Shown piece after piece: positions 51,601-63,399 of a DNA stretch of 64,000 nucleotides. The notes beneath the pieces were generated by a model that saw only the letters and a program-made list of their open reading frames with translations, had not been told where the DNA came from and made no database searches. The stretch is from Hypanus sabinus (Eukaryota), in contig NC_082714.1 in the NCBI RefSeq assembly GCF_030144855.1, positions 115,010,001 to 115,074,000 of the forward strand, given 5' to 3'. Each line of letters starts with the position of its first letter. The first letter of the stretch is position 1. The translations under genes and the position numbers were made by a program.

Positions 51601-54600
51601 GCACTACTGGCCCCTCCACCTATCTTTGTATCATAAGCAAACTTAGCCACAAAGCCATCTATTCCATAATCCAAATCGTTGATATACAATGTAAAAAGAA
51701 GCAGCCCCAATGTGGACCCCTGTGGAACACCACTGGTAACCGGCAGACAATCAGAATGGGATCCCTTTATTCCCACTCTCTGTTTCCTGCCAATCAGCCA
51801 ATGCTGTATCCACGTATGTAACTTTCCTGTAATTCCATGGGCTCTTATCTTGTTTAGCAGCCTCATGTGCGGCACCTTGTCAAAGGCCTTCTGATAATCC
51901 AAATACACAACATCCACTGCATCTCCCTTGTCTAGCCTACTTGTAATTTCCACAAAAAATTGCACTAGGTATGACAGGCAGCATTTCCCTTTAAGGAAAC
52001 CATGCTGAGTTCTGCCTATCTTGTCATATGCCTCCAGGTACTCCATAACCTCATCCTTGACAATCGACTCCAACAACTTCCCAACCACCGATGTCAAGCT
52101 AACAGATCTATAATTTCCTTTTTGCTTTCTTGCCCCCTTCTTATAGCAGGGTGACACTTGCGATCTTCCAGTCCTCCAGAACCTGGCCAGAATCTATCGA
52201 CTTTTGAAAGATCATTGCTAATGCCTCCGTAATCTCCACTGCTACTTCGTTCAGAACACGAGGGTGCATTCCATTTGGTCCAGGAGATTTATCTACCCTT
52301 AGACTATTCAGCTTCCTGAGTACTTTCTCTGTTGTAATTGTGACTGTGCACACTTCTCTTCCCTGACACCCTTGAGTGTCTGGTATACTGCTGATGTCTT
52401 CCTCAGTGAAGACTGATGCAAAATACTCATTCAGTTCCTCCGCATTCTCCTTATCTCCCATTACAATTTCTCCAGCATCATTTTCTATCAGTCCTGTATC
52501 TACTCTCACCTGTCTTTTACTCTTTATATACTTGAAAAAGCTTTTAGTATCCTCTTTGATATTATTTGCTAGCTTCCTTTCATAGTTCATCTTTTCCCTC
52601 TTAATGACCTTCTTAGTTTCCTTTTGTAAGCTTTTAAAAACTTCCCAATCCTCCGTCTTCCCAATACTTTTTGCTTCCTTGTATGCCCTCTCCTTTGCTT
52701 TTACTTTGGCTTTGACTTCTCTTGTTAGCCACGGTTGATCCTTTTTCTATTCAAAGAAGTCTTCTTTTTTTGAAAATGTCATCTGTTTTGTGCCTTCCTC
52801 ACTTCTCGCATAAACTCCAGCCTCTACTGCTCTGCTGTCCTTCCCGCTAGTGTCCCTTTCCAGTCAACCTTGGCCAGTTCCTCTCTCTTGCCACTGTAAT
52901 TTCCTTTACTCCATTGAAATACCGACACATCAGATTTCGGCTTCTCTTTCTCAAATTTCACAGTGAACTCAATCATGTTATGATCACTGCCTCCTAAGGG
53001 TTCCTTCACCTCAATCTGTCTAATCACCTCTGGTTCATTACACAATACCCAATCCAGTATAGCTGATCTTCTCAGCTCAACAACAAGCTGTTCTAAAAAG
53101 CCATCCCGTAGACATTCTACAAATTCTCTCTCTTGACATCAAGTGCCAATCTGATTTTCCCAATCCACTCGCATGTTAAAATCTCCTTACTTCAAAATAG
53201 GCTCCGCGCAGGTGCTGGGGTAGTTTTTTTCTAAAATCCCTGGCATTCCGCAGTTCCTTCAAGGTGAACCTTTTCAGTAGTTCACTGTTACTCCTTCCAC
53301 CCACTCTGACCAGACCATTGTGCAAAAATCCATAGATTCCTGACAAAAGAACATTATATTAGTAACACTTTATTATATTAGTAACATTATATTAGTAACA
53401 CTTTATTCTTCAAAATGTAAAAGATTGAGAGGAGATTTGATAGAGGTATACAAAATTATGAGGGATTTAGAAATGCGGGCTTTTTTGACTGAGGTTGGGT
53501 GAGACTATAACCAAAGGTCATGGGTTAAAAGTGAAAGGTGTAAAGTTTAATGGGAATATGAGGGGAAAACTTCTACAGTCAGAGGGTTGTGAGAGTTTGG
53601 AATGAGCTGCCAGCACAAGTGGTGCATGCGAACTCAATTTCAAAATTTAAGAGAAGCTTGGATAGGTACATTGATAGTAAGGGTATGGAGGGCTATGGTC
53701 CCATTGAAGCTGGATGGGAGTAGTCAGTTTAAATAGTTTTAGCATGCACTAAATGGGCCAAAGGGCCTGTTTCTGTGCTGTTCTTCACTATGATGGTGCA
53801 AGTTAATTTGGCTAAGCTTCTCCTCTGTCAGCCAGAGCTGGATAAGTGAGACCTTTGTCTCACACCCCAATACCATCATACTAAATATTCGGGTTTGCAG
53901 TCTGTGCCATTTAGTACTTTAGTAATGGCACTCCTGTTGGATTTCCCATGGAAAGACAAAGCAATGGTTCTGGTGCTTTCTCTGAATGACTAACATTTCG
54001 TTACATGTGAAGTTCACTTGGAGGAAGAGGAGTACCCCAGAGCAGCTATAACTCACATTGAGCTACATCTTAAATAGCCAAACATGCCTCAACCTTCAGT
54101 TAAGGTCTCCTTGTGTTCTGTGGAAATGAGAGTTCACTGCCTGCATCTGTATGGAAAATTGCATGTAAATGACATCAATACTGTGCCTTACACTCTTTGA
54201 TGTCCATACACCCAAAACCTTTGTGAGTTTATCACAAGGATCTGTATCAAATATCTGGAAATTCCTGATTGTGTTTTGCAATTGAGATTTTCTTTAAAAA
54301 AATTTCTATTCCTATTGTTAGTTAAAAAAACACACATTGCACAGCATTATAGAATCTCCAAGCAAATATTTTTAGAGAAAGGAAAAGAAAAATAAAACAA
54401 TGTTAGTCTAGCTTCTGGATGTTCTTAGAAACCCTTACCAAGAAATGTAGTTTCTATCATTCAGTCATTTCAAATAACATTATAGAACAGTAAGTTAGTA
54501 TTATAAGCACTTGCTTTGCATAATAAAACAGAATTTCTATGCAAATGAAATTTAATGAGTGTAACATCTTAATCACCAGGCCTGCAAGCCTCTTTATATT

Positions 54601-57600
54601 ACAGAATGAAAAATAAGCTGGACCCAAGCAACTCAATGTTCCAAGCCACATTCAGCACTCATACTACCCTGCAATAGCAGACAATCTGCAAGATTTTAGC
54701 CCATAAGACCATCAAGCATAGGAGGAAAATTAAGCTATTCAACCCATTAAATCTATTCAACTGTTCCATCAAAGTTAAATTATTATCCCTCTCAACGCCA
54801 TTCTTCTGCTTTCTCCTGGTAACATTTAACACCATTACTCATCAAGAATTTATCAAGCTTCATTTTAAATATACTCAATAACTTGGTGTCCACAACCACC
54901 TGTGGCAATAAATTCCACAGATTCACTGCTCTGTCCCTCCACCTATCTTTGCATCATCCACAAACTTCTCTGGACCCTCTCCAATACCAACACATCCTTT
55001 CTCAGATAAGAGGCCCAGATCTGCTCACAATACTCCAAGTGTAGTCTGACCAATACTTTATAAAGCCCCAGCATTACATTCTTGCTTTTGTATTCTATTC
55101 CTCTTGAAATGAATGCTAACATTGCATTTGCCTTCCTTACCACTGTCTCAACCTGCAAATCTTTAAGAAATCTTGCTCAAGGACTCATAAGAGTCTTTGC
55201 ACTTCTGATTTCTGAATTTGCTCTCCAATTAGAAGAGTCTGCGCTTTTATTCCTTCTACCAAAGTACATGACCATACAATTCACTACATTTGTATTCCAT
55301 CTGCTCTTCTTTGCCCATTCTCCTCATCCGTCTTATTCCTTCTGCAGACCCCAAGCTTCCTCAGCACTATCTGCTCTTCACTTATCTTTGTATCATCTGA
55401 AAACTTGACTACAAAGCCATCAATTCCATCATCCAAAAGAAGTGGTCCCAACACCAGCCCCTGTAGAACTCCATTAATCACTGACAGTCAATCAGAAATG
55501 GCCCACTTTATTCCCACTCTGGCTTCTGCCAATCAGCCCATCTTCTATCCAAGCTGGTATCTTTGCAGTAATACCATGGGCTCTTATCTTCTTTAGTATC
55601 CTCAACTGTGGCACCTTATGAAAGATCTTCTGAAAATCCAAGTAAACAATATCCACTGACTCTCTTTCTCTATCTTGCCTGTTACTTCCTCAAAGAATTC
55701 CAACAGATTTGTCAGAATTATATCTCAGGCTTATAACCAACAAATCCAATTGCAATATGTGGTAGATTCAGTATTCTTCAACTAACAGCTAATTTGAGCC
55801 TTGCACATCACTTCTGATAGTGTAGTTGCAACTGATGAATGAAGTACATCATGTACATGATCCTCATAAGGATTATTATTCCGTGCTGCCCATGACAGAT
55901 ATTAAAAAAACTCCAGTAAAATCAATCTTTAATATTATAAATCAAGAGACAATAACTAAGGAATTTTAGTAACATCTTCATTACACAGCTATCTAATTTA
56001 TGTAGGCTCAAAAAGATGGAAAATTGGTTCAGTTAACAAAATGCAAAGATAACTATATATAATATTCAGAGTTTGAATAAATTTGAAAACAAATTTCAAG
56101 CAGACAAAAGCAGAATCTTACCTTCAAGAAACTGGTCAAGAGCATGATTTGTATAGCACACCACCAAAATTGGAGCCTTCTGCAAATATGTTTGCCAAAT
56201 TTGCTCATTATGTAGGAGTACTTGCACAATTTTTAATCCAACGTAAGTTTTTCCTGAAAATTATGAATTAGTGTTATTTACAAAGTTTGAAGAAAACTAT
56301 CAGATGATCACTGACATACACATTGCATCATTTATTTACTTTAAATTTTCCAGAAGCATTATACAAATTGCAAAGCAAAATCTTAAGTGTGTATTGCAAG
56401 AATGAATTCAATTTTTTTTGTATGGAAACCTTGGTTAGTCCTCTGATACCAGATTCCTTCAATTTTTGTTTTTTAGTTAAAAACACACAGGAACAATCAT
56501 GATTATTGAGGCCATTCACCTCAATAAAAGCTTGGATACTGTTGGGGAACTGGATCTTGCAGGCCATTTTCGGGTCAGCAGTGGGCTGAGCACACATCCC
56601 CGGGGGAGGGGGGACACTGGTGATCAGTGTGATGGAGCCAAACATGTTGCTGCCAACACCAGACTGTCTGAGATCTCTCTGTCAAGGGCTCCAAGATCCA
56701 GTTATGCAGAGGTGTTCAGACCCAACTAGGAGAGTTTACCCACCAAGTTCCGAGGAATGCTTTTACAGAACGCCTAACTGAAGTCTTTCAACAGCATACT
56801 GAGGTAAGAGACACCATTCTCCAGGTGGATCAGCACTAAGTATGAGGCAGAGGCTACTGGTGGACCAATTCAAGCATTATGCCAGCTGGTAGGTGTCCAA
56901 TGTAGTAGGAAAGCAGGTTTAATGCATATCAAGACCAGCTGTTCAAAGCACTTCATTATTATTGATGTCAGTGCCACCGGACAGTAGAGGTTAAGGCAGG
57001 TTATCATCGGCCTCTTGAGCACTGGGATGATGGTGGAAGCCTTGAAGCCTGGAGGGACAGTGGACATGTTAACGTCATCTGTGAGAACATCTGATAGCTG
57101 GGCTACAGTCTCTCAGCACCCAAACAGGTGTGTTATCAGGTCCTGCAGCTTTGTGTGGGTTGACCGTGACTAGGGTCTGCCTTACGTCGGCTGTGGCCAG
57201 GGTGCTGGCTCCTCCAGGGAGTGGGGGCTTACTCACGAGCACATCATCAAAGCATGGTTAGAAGACATTCAACCTATCAGGAAGAGAAGCATCACTGTCA
57301 CTCAGGTGCAGTGTGGTCTTAACTCTCCATTATGGTCTGATTGCCCTGCCACATTCACAGCATGTCGTGCTATCAGAGAAATGGCTGTAGATTGTGTGTT
57401 AGTCCTGTTTCACCCTCCTGATGGCACAGGAAAATGCTGTGCTTGCTGACCCATGGGCCATCTTATTTCCCCCCAGCACCCCGTCCTTTCATCAGTGCCT
57501 GGACTTCTGCTGTAAGCCATGGCTTCTCATTGGCCCTAACGCAGATGGATTGAAAGGCAGTGACGTCCTCACTTCACTGCGCCAATCAGACAGTCGTGGG

Positions 57601-60600
57601 TCCAGCATGTTTGTAAGATGATCATAGGTCATCACCACCCTGAACATGTTCCAATCCATGCTCTGAAAACAACCCTGTAACGCTGAGGTTGCCAAACCCC
57701 GATTTCCTTGTGGACTGGCTTGACTTGTTTAAACAGTGGTCTGTGTGCTAGGATTAACATAACAGCTAAAGAGATTAGAGTATCCAAAGTGGGGTGGGAG
57801 GAGTGCTTGTGGCAGGCTTGTAAGCCCCATTGTTGCTGGTGTGAACCACATCTAATGCGTTTTCTCCTTTGGTAGCAAAACCCACATTGATAGAATTTAG
57901 GTGGAACTGTTTTTAAGACTGGATGATTAAAGTCGCCAGCAACAATGAAGAAACTACATGCAGAGCTTCTCCAGTGTAAGCAGTGGGGGGAATGAATGTT
58001 TGTATCTCTATCTCTGTATAGCCACAATAACAATGGCAGTGAACTCCCATGAAGACAAATCTTTTCAGATCCCATATTTGTCAATTTTATGAGGTCCACC
58101 CGTTTCCCTCATCTACACACTGACAAACTTCACCGCACCTCACCAGAACTGATTTCACCCAATATCCCTCCTCTCACTCTGCACACTCCTTTCCACAACT
58201 GCCCAAACCTTGAACCTACACTCAGCCACCACTTTATTAGGAAGCTCATGGTCTTCTGCTGCTGTAGCCCATCCACTTCAAGAGTCTATGTGTTGTGCAA
58301 TCAGGGATGTTCTTCTGCACACCACTGTTGTCACACGGGTTTATTGGAATTACTGTTGTCTTCCTGTCAGCTTGAACCAGTTTGGCCATTCTTCTCTAAA
58401 CTCTCTCATTAACAAGGTGTTTTCACCCACAGAACTGCTCCTCACCAGATTTCTTTTTTTGATTTTGCTCCATTCCCTGTAACCTTTATTAACTGTTGTG
58501 TGTGATAATCCCAAATCAGCAGTTTCAGAAATACTCAAACCACCCCATCAGGCACCAACAATCATTCCACAGTCAGAGTCAGATCACATTTCTTCCTGAT
58601 TCTGATATTTGGGCTGAACAAAACTTGAACCTCTTGACCACGTTTGCATGCTTTTATGCATCGAGTTGGTCCACATGATTAGCTGATTAGTTATTTGCAT
58701 TAATGAGCTGGTGTACAGGTGTACCTAATAAAGTGGCCACTGAGTGCATATCCATTACTACCCCTGGACACACTCCTTGCCACAGCTACTCACTAATCCA
58801 ATCCCCATGCCTTAGATACAGCCATTAGGCTGCTCTCCCTCATCCTCATTTCACCCTAGACTCACACATTTCCCTTTGTGTATTATGGGAAGCTCCAGTC
58901 AAAAGTGCAATGATTGTGCTCTGCCTTGAAAGGTGATGTTCACTTTGTAAGCAGTGCAATTTGTATGAACATCATTTCCTGTGCATAAACTGCCTTTTAC
59001 ATCATTTCCCTACAGGTAATTTGGGATTCATTTTGAAACTCACGGCAGAAAGACAACCATCTCCATCCATCCATTATTTGCACTTGAAACAGCAATATCG
59101 GTGAGTTTTAGGTTCTGCTTAATATTTGTAAACTTTTAGTCACTGTACCCTGAAGGAAGTTTATCACTATTAAGCTGTCACTGTGCCACAGGCCCACTCT
59201 GATCTACACACTATAATAATGTTATGTTGCATGTATATTGCCTTGGTTAACACTGATCGTGAGAATAATCTGTGGTATTTGTATATTCATATCAAGTTTC
59301 TGTATTGAATTTAATACATATCTTACTCTATTGTTTTACTAGTTTTTCCTCATTAAAAACCCTGAAGACAGCTTCCAGCCAGGGTGATTTTTGAGAAGGT
59401 GTTTAGCCCCCAACCTAGCTTTGTACACACGCACTGTGAGGGCAGTAGAATGATCATTAGGTCCCATTGAAGTCCAGCAGCAGGATTGTGACCATCTCCT
59501 GTGAACATCTATGTAAGCCAGTATTGTGAAGGAGCTACGTGCACAGTAATCCCAAAGATTCAGTCTCATACAATTACAGAATAGAGAGCAGGGGAGGGAG
59601 AATATTAGAAACAAAATAAATGATTTAAAGATATACATTACCTTTTTTTAAAAGCATGCAATGCATGAAATTTTTTAAAATATGTTTCATCAAGCATACC
59701 TGTTCCAGGAGGCCCTTGTATGATGGCCAGTTCCTTAGTCAGTGCCATCTTCAGAGCTTTCATCTGTGACTCATCCAAGTTCAACGCTTCCTTTGACGGC
59801 CACGATGTGTTATTGAGAACGTTGATTTTGGTGTTCCTCATCAAACTTTGAAATGGGTCTTTGTCCATTTCCTCAGAGCATTTTAATTTTTCCTTCATTA
59901 GTGGTTCAAGGTCATATTGGCTATTGTAAAGTAAGTATCTTGGGGCCTGGATATCTGTGTTACATTCTACAATATACTTCTGGAAGGGAATATCCTCGCC
60001 TTGTATCTCCTGTAGTCCTTCAAGAACATGGCGGTAGGCTTCAAAATATGCTGTTGTTTCCACCATCAAGAAACAATCTGAAGGTTCTACTTCAGCTAGC
60101 AGCGGCCGGCTTCGTGTATTAAAGGACAAATAGACAACACCTTCTTTGAGATTCTTAGGATCCCTATCTGACACTGTTGCAAAAAGTAATGTCTCAAAGT
60201 TGTCTTTGGACATACACACAAGTGAACCATACAGCAAACGCTTTGAATTTTGCCACCGGACAAATCTCAAAGGCTGCGTGTCAAACTGGACTTTATACCC
60301 AACACCACTAGCTGTGCACAGGGGGACTAAGATGCGGGTATTGAAATATACTCTGATGTCGTCAAATACTTTCCTCCTCAGGCCTTTGCCATTATAATTG
60401 TGAAGCAAGTCTAAGATACCTTCTCTCAAAGGTCTCACAAAGTCTTCTCTCAGAAGACGAAAATGGGTGTCGAGGTACACTTCAGCGCTCGCATATTTTT
60501 CAGTAATTAGATTAGGTCGCAGAAATGGCTTCTCTTCAAGATGCACCTCACTGTAAGTAGGATAGATGGTCATCATTCTGTAGTTGTCTTCAGGATTTGT

Positions 60601-61595
60601 TTCCTTATCGTCTAGCAACATAAGGGTGTCATTTTTGAGCGTTCCATCGCGCTTTCTCTGCTGTAAGTGCTGAATTATATTTTTTATCTTTTCCATATTA
60701 TTTTCAATCTCTTCGCCAATTGAAACCCCAGCAGCCCGTAGTGTATTCACCGTAGGGTCCAAAACCAAAATTACCATAGACACCTCTTGAACTGAACTGG
60801 CTGGAAAGATGCTTACTAATTCCTGAAGCAAGAACAGAATTCTTTCAATATGTTCAGGGTACTGCTCTCTACGGGCAAGCACTGGGTCTGTACTCATCTG
60901 AACCACATAATGAGGTAACTGAACCTTCAGAAACTGAGAGTCCTTTACCATGCCCAAGAGGTGTTGAATGCTCTGACGATCAGTCTTGGACTGACAAGCC
61001 TTATACAAAACTTTACAAATGAGTTGGATGAAACTTATGTCTAGTTTTTTATTTAATACATCTTTCAGGCCAGAACTGCAAGCTAATGTTATAACAATTT
61101 CAGATGGCTCTTTATCCAGAAGGTTCTCCAGTGTTTTATAACCTAACTTTCTCACACTGTGTTCTTTGTCCTTTGTGTGTGCTTTGTGAGATCTCCTTTC
61201 CTGATGGTGTGGATTATCCTGCGTTTCAGCCTGTCTCCCTCTGCCTCCCTCAGGAAGGTCATTCCTTCTCCATGGTTCATGTCTCTGTTCTTTGTGTTGG
61301 TCCCTCATACCCTGCGGGGGGCCTTGACAAATGCTGTGAACATTGGGGGCTCTACCAGCTGTGTTCCGATTTGCTCTGGGACCATTTTGCCTCCCATCTG
61401 CATGCTTGGGATTGTGACTGAAGTTACGATCTTGGTTCCTTTCTCCAAACTCTCTGGCTGGGAGCAACTCTCCTGGCCTGGGTGTTGAAAGTGCTCTTCT
61501 GGGATGTGGTGCACCTTTTCTGTCCGGTGCTCCTGTGGCATTTCTCTGGTTCCTGTTGTAATGATATCCTTGTGGTAAAGCTCGTTCTGCAGAGG
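25194..61595 (-). CDS. ZNFX1: NFX1-type zinc finger-containing protein 1 (SF1 RNA helicase with RZ finger); join of 12 visible coding exons, first coding exon not located
   Basis: Exons 59700-61595, 56122-56253, 53191-53339, 49926-50069, 48511-48628, 45913-46145, 45440-45579, 43183-43337, 38416-38561, 32840-32950, 30754-30849 and 25194-27641 all have GT-AG boundaries with compatible phases (5768 nt total). Motifs: [41 protein letters not shown], Cys-rich NF-X1 repeats, [16 protein letters not shown]. Confidence 0.97.
27935..28325 (-). mobile_element. Penelope-like GIY-YIG fragment
   Basis: [34 protein letters not shown]. Confidence 0.75.
28330..29590 (-). mobile_element. CR1 LINE fragment interrupted by a short opposite-strand CR1 3' end (about 29049-29202)
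   Basis: CR1 translations on the minus strand on both sides; the nested + strand 3' UTR matches the family at 34722. Confidence 0.8.
30754..30849 (-). CDS. ZNFX1: ZNFX1 visible coding exon 11/12 (HRMRPEIA...YENIK)
   Basis: CAG/GTATAT boundaries, 96 nt. Confidence 0.95.
31960..32650 (+). mobile_element. Old degraded CR1 fragment
   Basis: Weak similarity to CR1 C-terminus and 3' UTR. Confidence 0.55.
32840..32950 (-). CDS. ZNFX1: ZNFX1 visible coding exon 10/12 ([11 protein letters not shown]...SLFERL...DYQ)
   Basis: CAG/GTGAGA boundaries, 111 nt. Confidence 0.95.
34495..34720 (+). mobile_element. Degenerate tRNA-derived SINE
   Basis: CAGCGGTTAGC...GAGTTTGATTCC head. Confidence 0.55.
34722..35570 (-). 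mobile_element. Young CR1 LINE 3' fragment
   Basis: [22 protein letters not shown]...GERAGTGY with intact 3' UTR. Confidence 0.9.
36658..37555. mobile_element. Tigger/pogo-like non-autonomous DNA transposon
   Basis: TIRs CAGGTTGAGTACCCC / GGGGTACTCAACCTG with TA TSD on both sides. Confidence 0.85.
38416..38561 (-). CDS. ZNFX1: ZNFX1 visible coding exon 9/12 (Walker B VEEAAE...IGDHQQ)
   Basis: TAG/GTCAGT boundaries, 146 nt. Confidence 0.95.
38750..39075 (-). mobile_element. CR1 3' end
   Basis: TRGHSLRI...[11 protein letters not shown]. Confidence 0.85.
39690..41090 (+). mobile_element. CR1 LINE ORF2 remnant
   Basis: [24 protein letters not shown]. Confidence 0.88.
41230..43050 (+). mobile_element. 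Degraded CR1 5' region including ORF1 esterase-like remnant
   Basis: RMVCCL...DV and [10 protein letters not shown] remnants typical of CR1 ORF1, followed by ORF2 scraps. Confidence 0.55.
43183..43337 (-). CDS. ZNFX1: ZNFX1 visible coding exon 8/12 (LWLSMY...VVGMTTTG)
   Basis: VVGMTTTG motif; TAG/GTTTGC boundaries, 155 nt. Confidence 0.94.
43932..44127. mobile_element. Miniature foldback insertion of a Penelope-like terminal repeat
   Basis: 16-bp TSD TTAAATTTAAGACAGC at 43916-43931 and 44128-44143; about 80-bp inverted arms. Confidence 0.85.
45440..45579 (-). CDS. ZNFX1: ZNFX1 visible coding exon 7/12 ([11 protein letters not shown]...DRWRLYR)
   Basis: CAG/GTGAGA boundaries, 140 nt. Confidence 0.92.
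45913..46145 (-). CDS. ZNFX1: ZNFX1 visible coding exon 6/12 (acidic tract, [12 protein letters not shown]...GWQ)
   Basis: AAG/GTAAGT boundaries, 233 nt, phase 1-0. Confidence 0.9.
46241..47230 (+). mobile_element. Rex/Babar-type LINE 3' fragment
   Basis: [38 protein letters not shown]; 3' AATAAA tail. Confidence 0.85.
48511..48628 (-). CDS. ZNFX1: ZNFX1 visible coding exon 5/12 (NFDHQ...LLLEWFGLG...ENA)
   Basis: LEWxGLG motif; CAG/GTACTA boundaries, 118 nt. Confidence 0.85.
49926..50069 (-). CDS. ZNFX1: ZNFX1 visible coding exon 4/12 ([10 protein letters not shown]...HWQSLQSGW)
   Basis: AAG/GTAAGA boundaries, 144 nt, phase 0-0. Confidence 0.88.
50725..53186 (-). mobile_element. Young CR1 LINE (about 2.46 kb, from endonuclease GDFN to 3' tail)
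   Basis: [12 protein letters not shown] and a 351-aa RT ORF; CTTATG tail. Confidence 0.93.
53191..53339 (-). CDS. ZNFX1: ZNFX1 visible coding exon 3/12 ([17 protein letters not shown]...AYFE)
   Basis: VRVGGRS motif; CAG/GTAAGG boundaries, 149 nt. Confidence 0.93.
53351..53407. repeat. Short tandem repeat (ATTATATTAGTAACA-like, about 3 copies)
   Basis: Directly visible, just upstream of the acceptor of the 53191-53339 exon. Confidence 0.7.
53420..53790 (+). mobile_element. CR1 3' end
   Basis: [13 protein letters not shown] and CR1 3' UTR. Confidence 0.8.
54700..55715 (-). mobile_element. CR1 LINE fragments
   Basis: [24 protein letters not shown]. Confidence 0.85.
56122..56253 (-). CDS. ZNFX1: ZNFX1 visible coding exon 2/12 (GKTYVGLKI...[12 protein letters not shown])
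   Basis: Completes Walker A; CAG/GTAAGA boundaries, 132 nt, phase 1-1. Confidence 0.95.
56490..57980 (-). mobile_element. Rex/Babar-type LINE, degraded
   Basis: [30 protein letters not shown]. Confidence 0.8.
58218..58747 (-). mobile_element. Tc1-like non-autonomous element (same family as 21765)
   Basis: TIRs CACTCAGCCACCACTTTATTAGG / CCTAATAAAGTGGCCACTGAGTG; SISETADLG remnant. Confidence 0.8.
59700..61595 (-). CDS. ZNFX1: ZNFX1 visible coding exon 1/12 (low-complexity N-terminus, helical region, start of helicase up to QGPPGT)
   Basis: Open frame with [28 protein letters not shown] and AIIQGPPGT; acceptor CAG at 61596-61598, donor GTATGC at 59694-59699. Confidence 0.95.
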
Positions 61596-63220
61596 CTGAA
61601 AACATTGAAAAGGAAAACACATTCTAAATTTCAGTCAAATTGTGTATTATCACATGCTTTCAAAAGCATTCTTATCCTTTCTATTAACTGTAAATCTAAA
61701 GAGCTTCAAAATTCCATGCAATAGTTTGCTATTCAGGACAATGCCTGTTCTTCAGTTCGAGATGACCACAGCACACAATGCAACCTTAGTTTTTCAGTGT
61801 TATTATTTTAAATATAATTAATTGGGCATTATAAAAGTCACTTGAAACAACCCAACTATCCTACAACTAATATTGCATTTACCATCAAAATGCTGTTCTC
61901 AAAATTACTGCATAACGTAGTATCTTTCTTGGATTTAAATCGCATTCTAGTTTTAAAAAGTTGAAATTCACCATCTAATTATATTGCAGTTTCTTATCTA
62001 CAGTTTTGTTTATTGGCTGTGTACTTAATAACTATCTGAATGCCACATTGAAAACAGGCTGTGTTTCCTGGCTGAGAGAAAATATAAAATCACCATGATT
62101 ACATGTGTATTGGATCTCCCACATTGTATCATAGCCAGTGACCGCCTTTGATAGTATTCTGACTGTCTGGGTGGGCAAATACAAGAGATATACTGTGTGC
62201 TATAGTCCTATAATCAAAGGGATGAAATGACAAGTGAATGAAAATATATTTTTTTAAAAACTGCAAGTGATGGAAATATGGAACTTAAATACAAGCTAGT
62301 TGGACAGAGTCATACAATCAAAACATTGATTGTTTCTGTTTGCACAAATGTTACCTTACCTGTTGAAGTCTACCAGCATTTTTTTTGTTTTTGTTGGAAA
62401 TGAAAATTTATTTCTTTGTGTGTTGGTCAGGACACAAGAAGAACCTCTTTGTTCTCAAAGTTACAAGATCTTTAAGAGTCTGCTGAACTCCCATTACTGT
62501 TTAGAATCAATTCCATGATCCAATCTTCATATGTCACACCCTGAACACTTACCTCAGCTGTTAGGTGGACTCCAGAAGTGGAGAAAGTGGAAATAAGAAT
62601 CACGGCATGCACCTAGACCAGAAATTGTCCCTTGTGGCCAATCAACAGGTGAATGTTTACAAAAATCGTGGTATAGGAATCAATGTAGTCCTCTTTTTCT
62701 TAGATCCTCTAGGACTCTCTGACTAATGCATATTTTACATGGTCATCATTGTTTTATTGCTAATAGTTCATAGGTTCTAATCCATTTTGTGATAATTTAG
62801 CAAGAAAGATATTTTAATGGATGGTTTTACAAATTCAAGCTCAATCTAATACTGCAGGTATATTCTGAATAAATCTAATTCTAATTTATTCAGAATCAAA
62901 CCTGCCAATCTGATTTACAATCCAGGGAATAAAGGTCAACAGTCAAAGAATCGAAAATGTAAGACAAACATGAGAAAGTAATGCAAAAAAAAAGTAAAGT
63001 CAAAGCAAGAAGTAAATGAAAAGTGGTTAGGTGTAAGAGGAATAAATACTAACGCTTCCTCTTTGGGGAAAGAAAGAGAACAATTAACAACTGACTCAAT
63101 TTTTTCTTGTCCTGAAATAAATGTCTGCACTATTGAAGAAGTTGAACACAACAATACAGTCGGCCTTCCTTATCTGCAAATTTAACCAACTGCGAATAGT
63201 GAAAACCCAAAAGTGCTCTT

Positions 63221-63388
63221 NNNNNNNNNNNNNNNNNNNNNNNNNNNNNNNNNNNNNNNNNNNNNNNNNNNNNNNNNNNNNNNNNNNNNNNNNNNNNNNN
63301 NNNNNNNNNNNNNNNNNNNNNNNNNNNNNNNNNNNNNNNNNNNNNNNNNNNNNNNNNNNNNNNNNNNNNNNNNNNNNNNNNNNNNNNN
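63221..63388. other. Assembly gap (168 N)
   Basis: Run of N. Confidence 1.
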
Positions 63389-63399
63389 TGAAAAAAAAT

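Noticed and set aside
51102-52157. 351-aa reverse transcriptase ORF as a host gene or active LINE
   Set aside because: Fragment of a 5'-truncated CR1 with frameshifts and a FADD-to-FAYD change
61596-61620. ORF-track N-terminus MFSFSMFS for ZNFX1
   Set aside because: It is the intronic polypyrimidine tract and acceptor; the true start exon lies upstream
62553-62612. Possible ZNFX1 start exon (strong GAG/GTAAGT donor)
   Set aside because: In-frame TGA immediately before the donor in the required phase; at most an unsupported UTR or cryptic exon
62200-63220. Interferon-stimulated response element or snoRNA host gene upstream of ZNFX1
   Set aside because: No clean GAAANNGAAA or C/D-box pair could be identified; the promoter is probably outside the window
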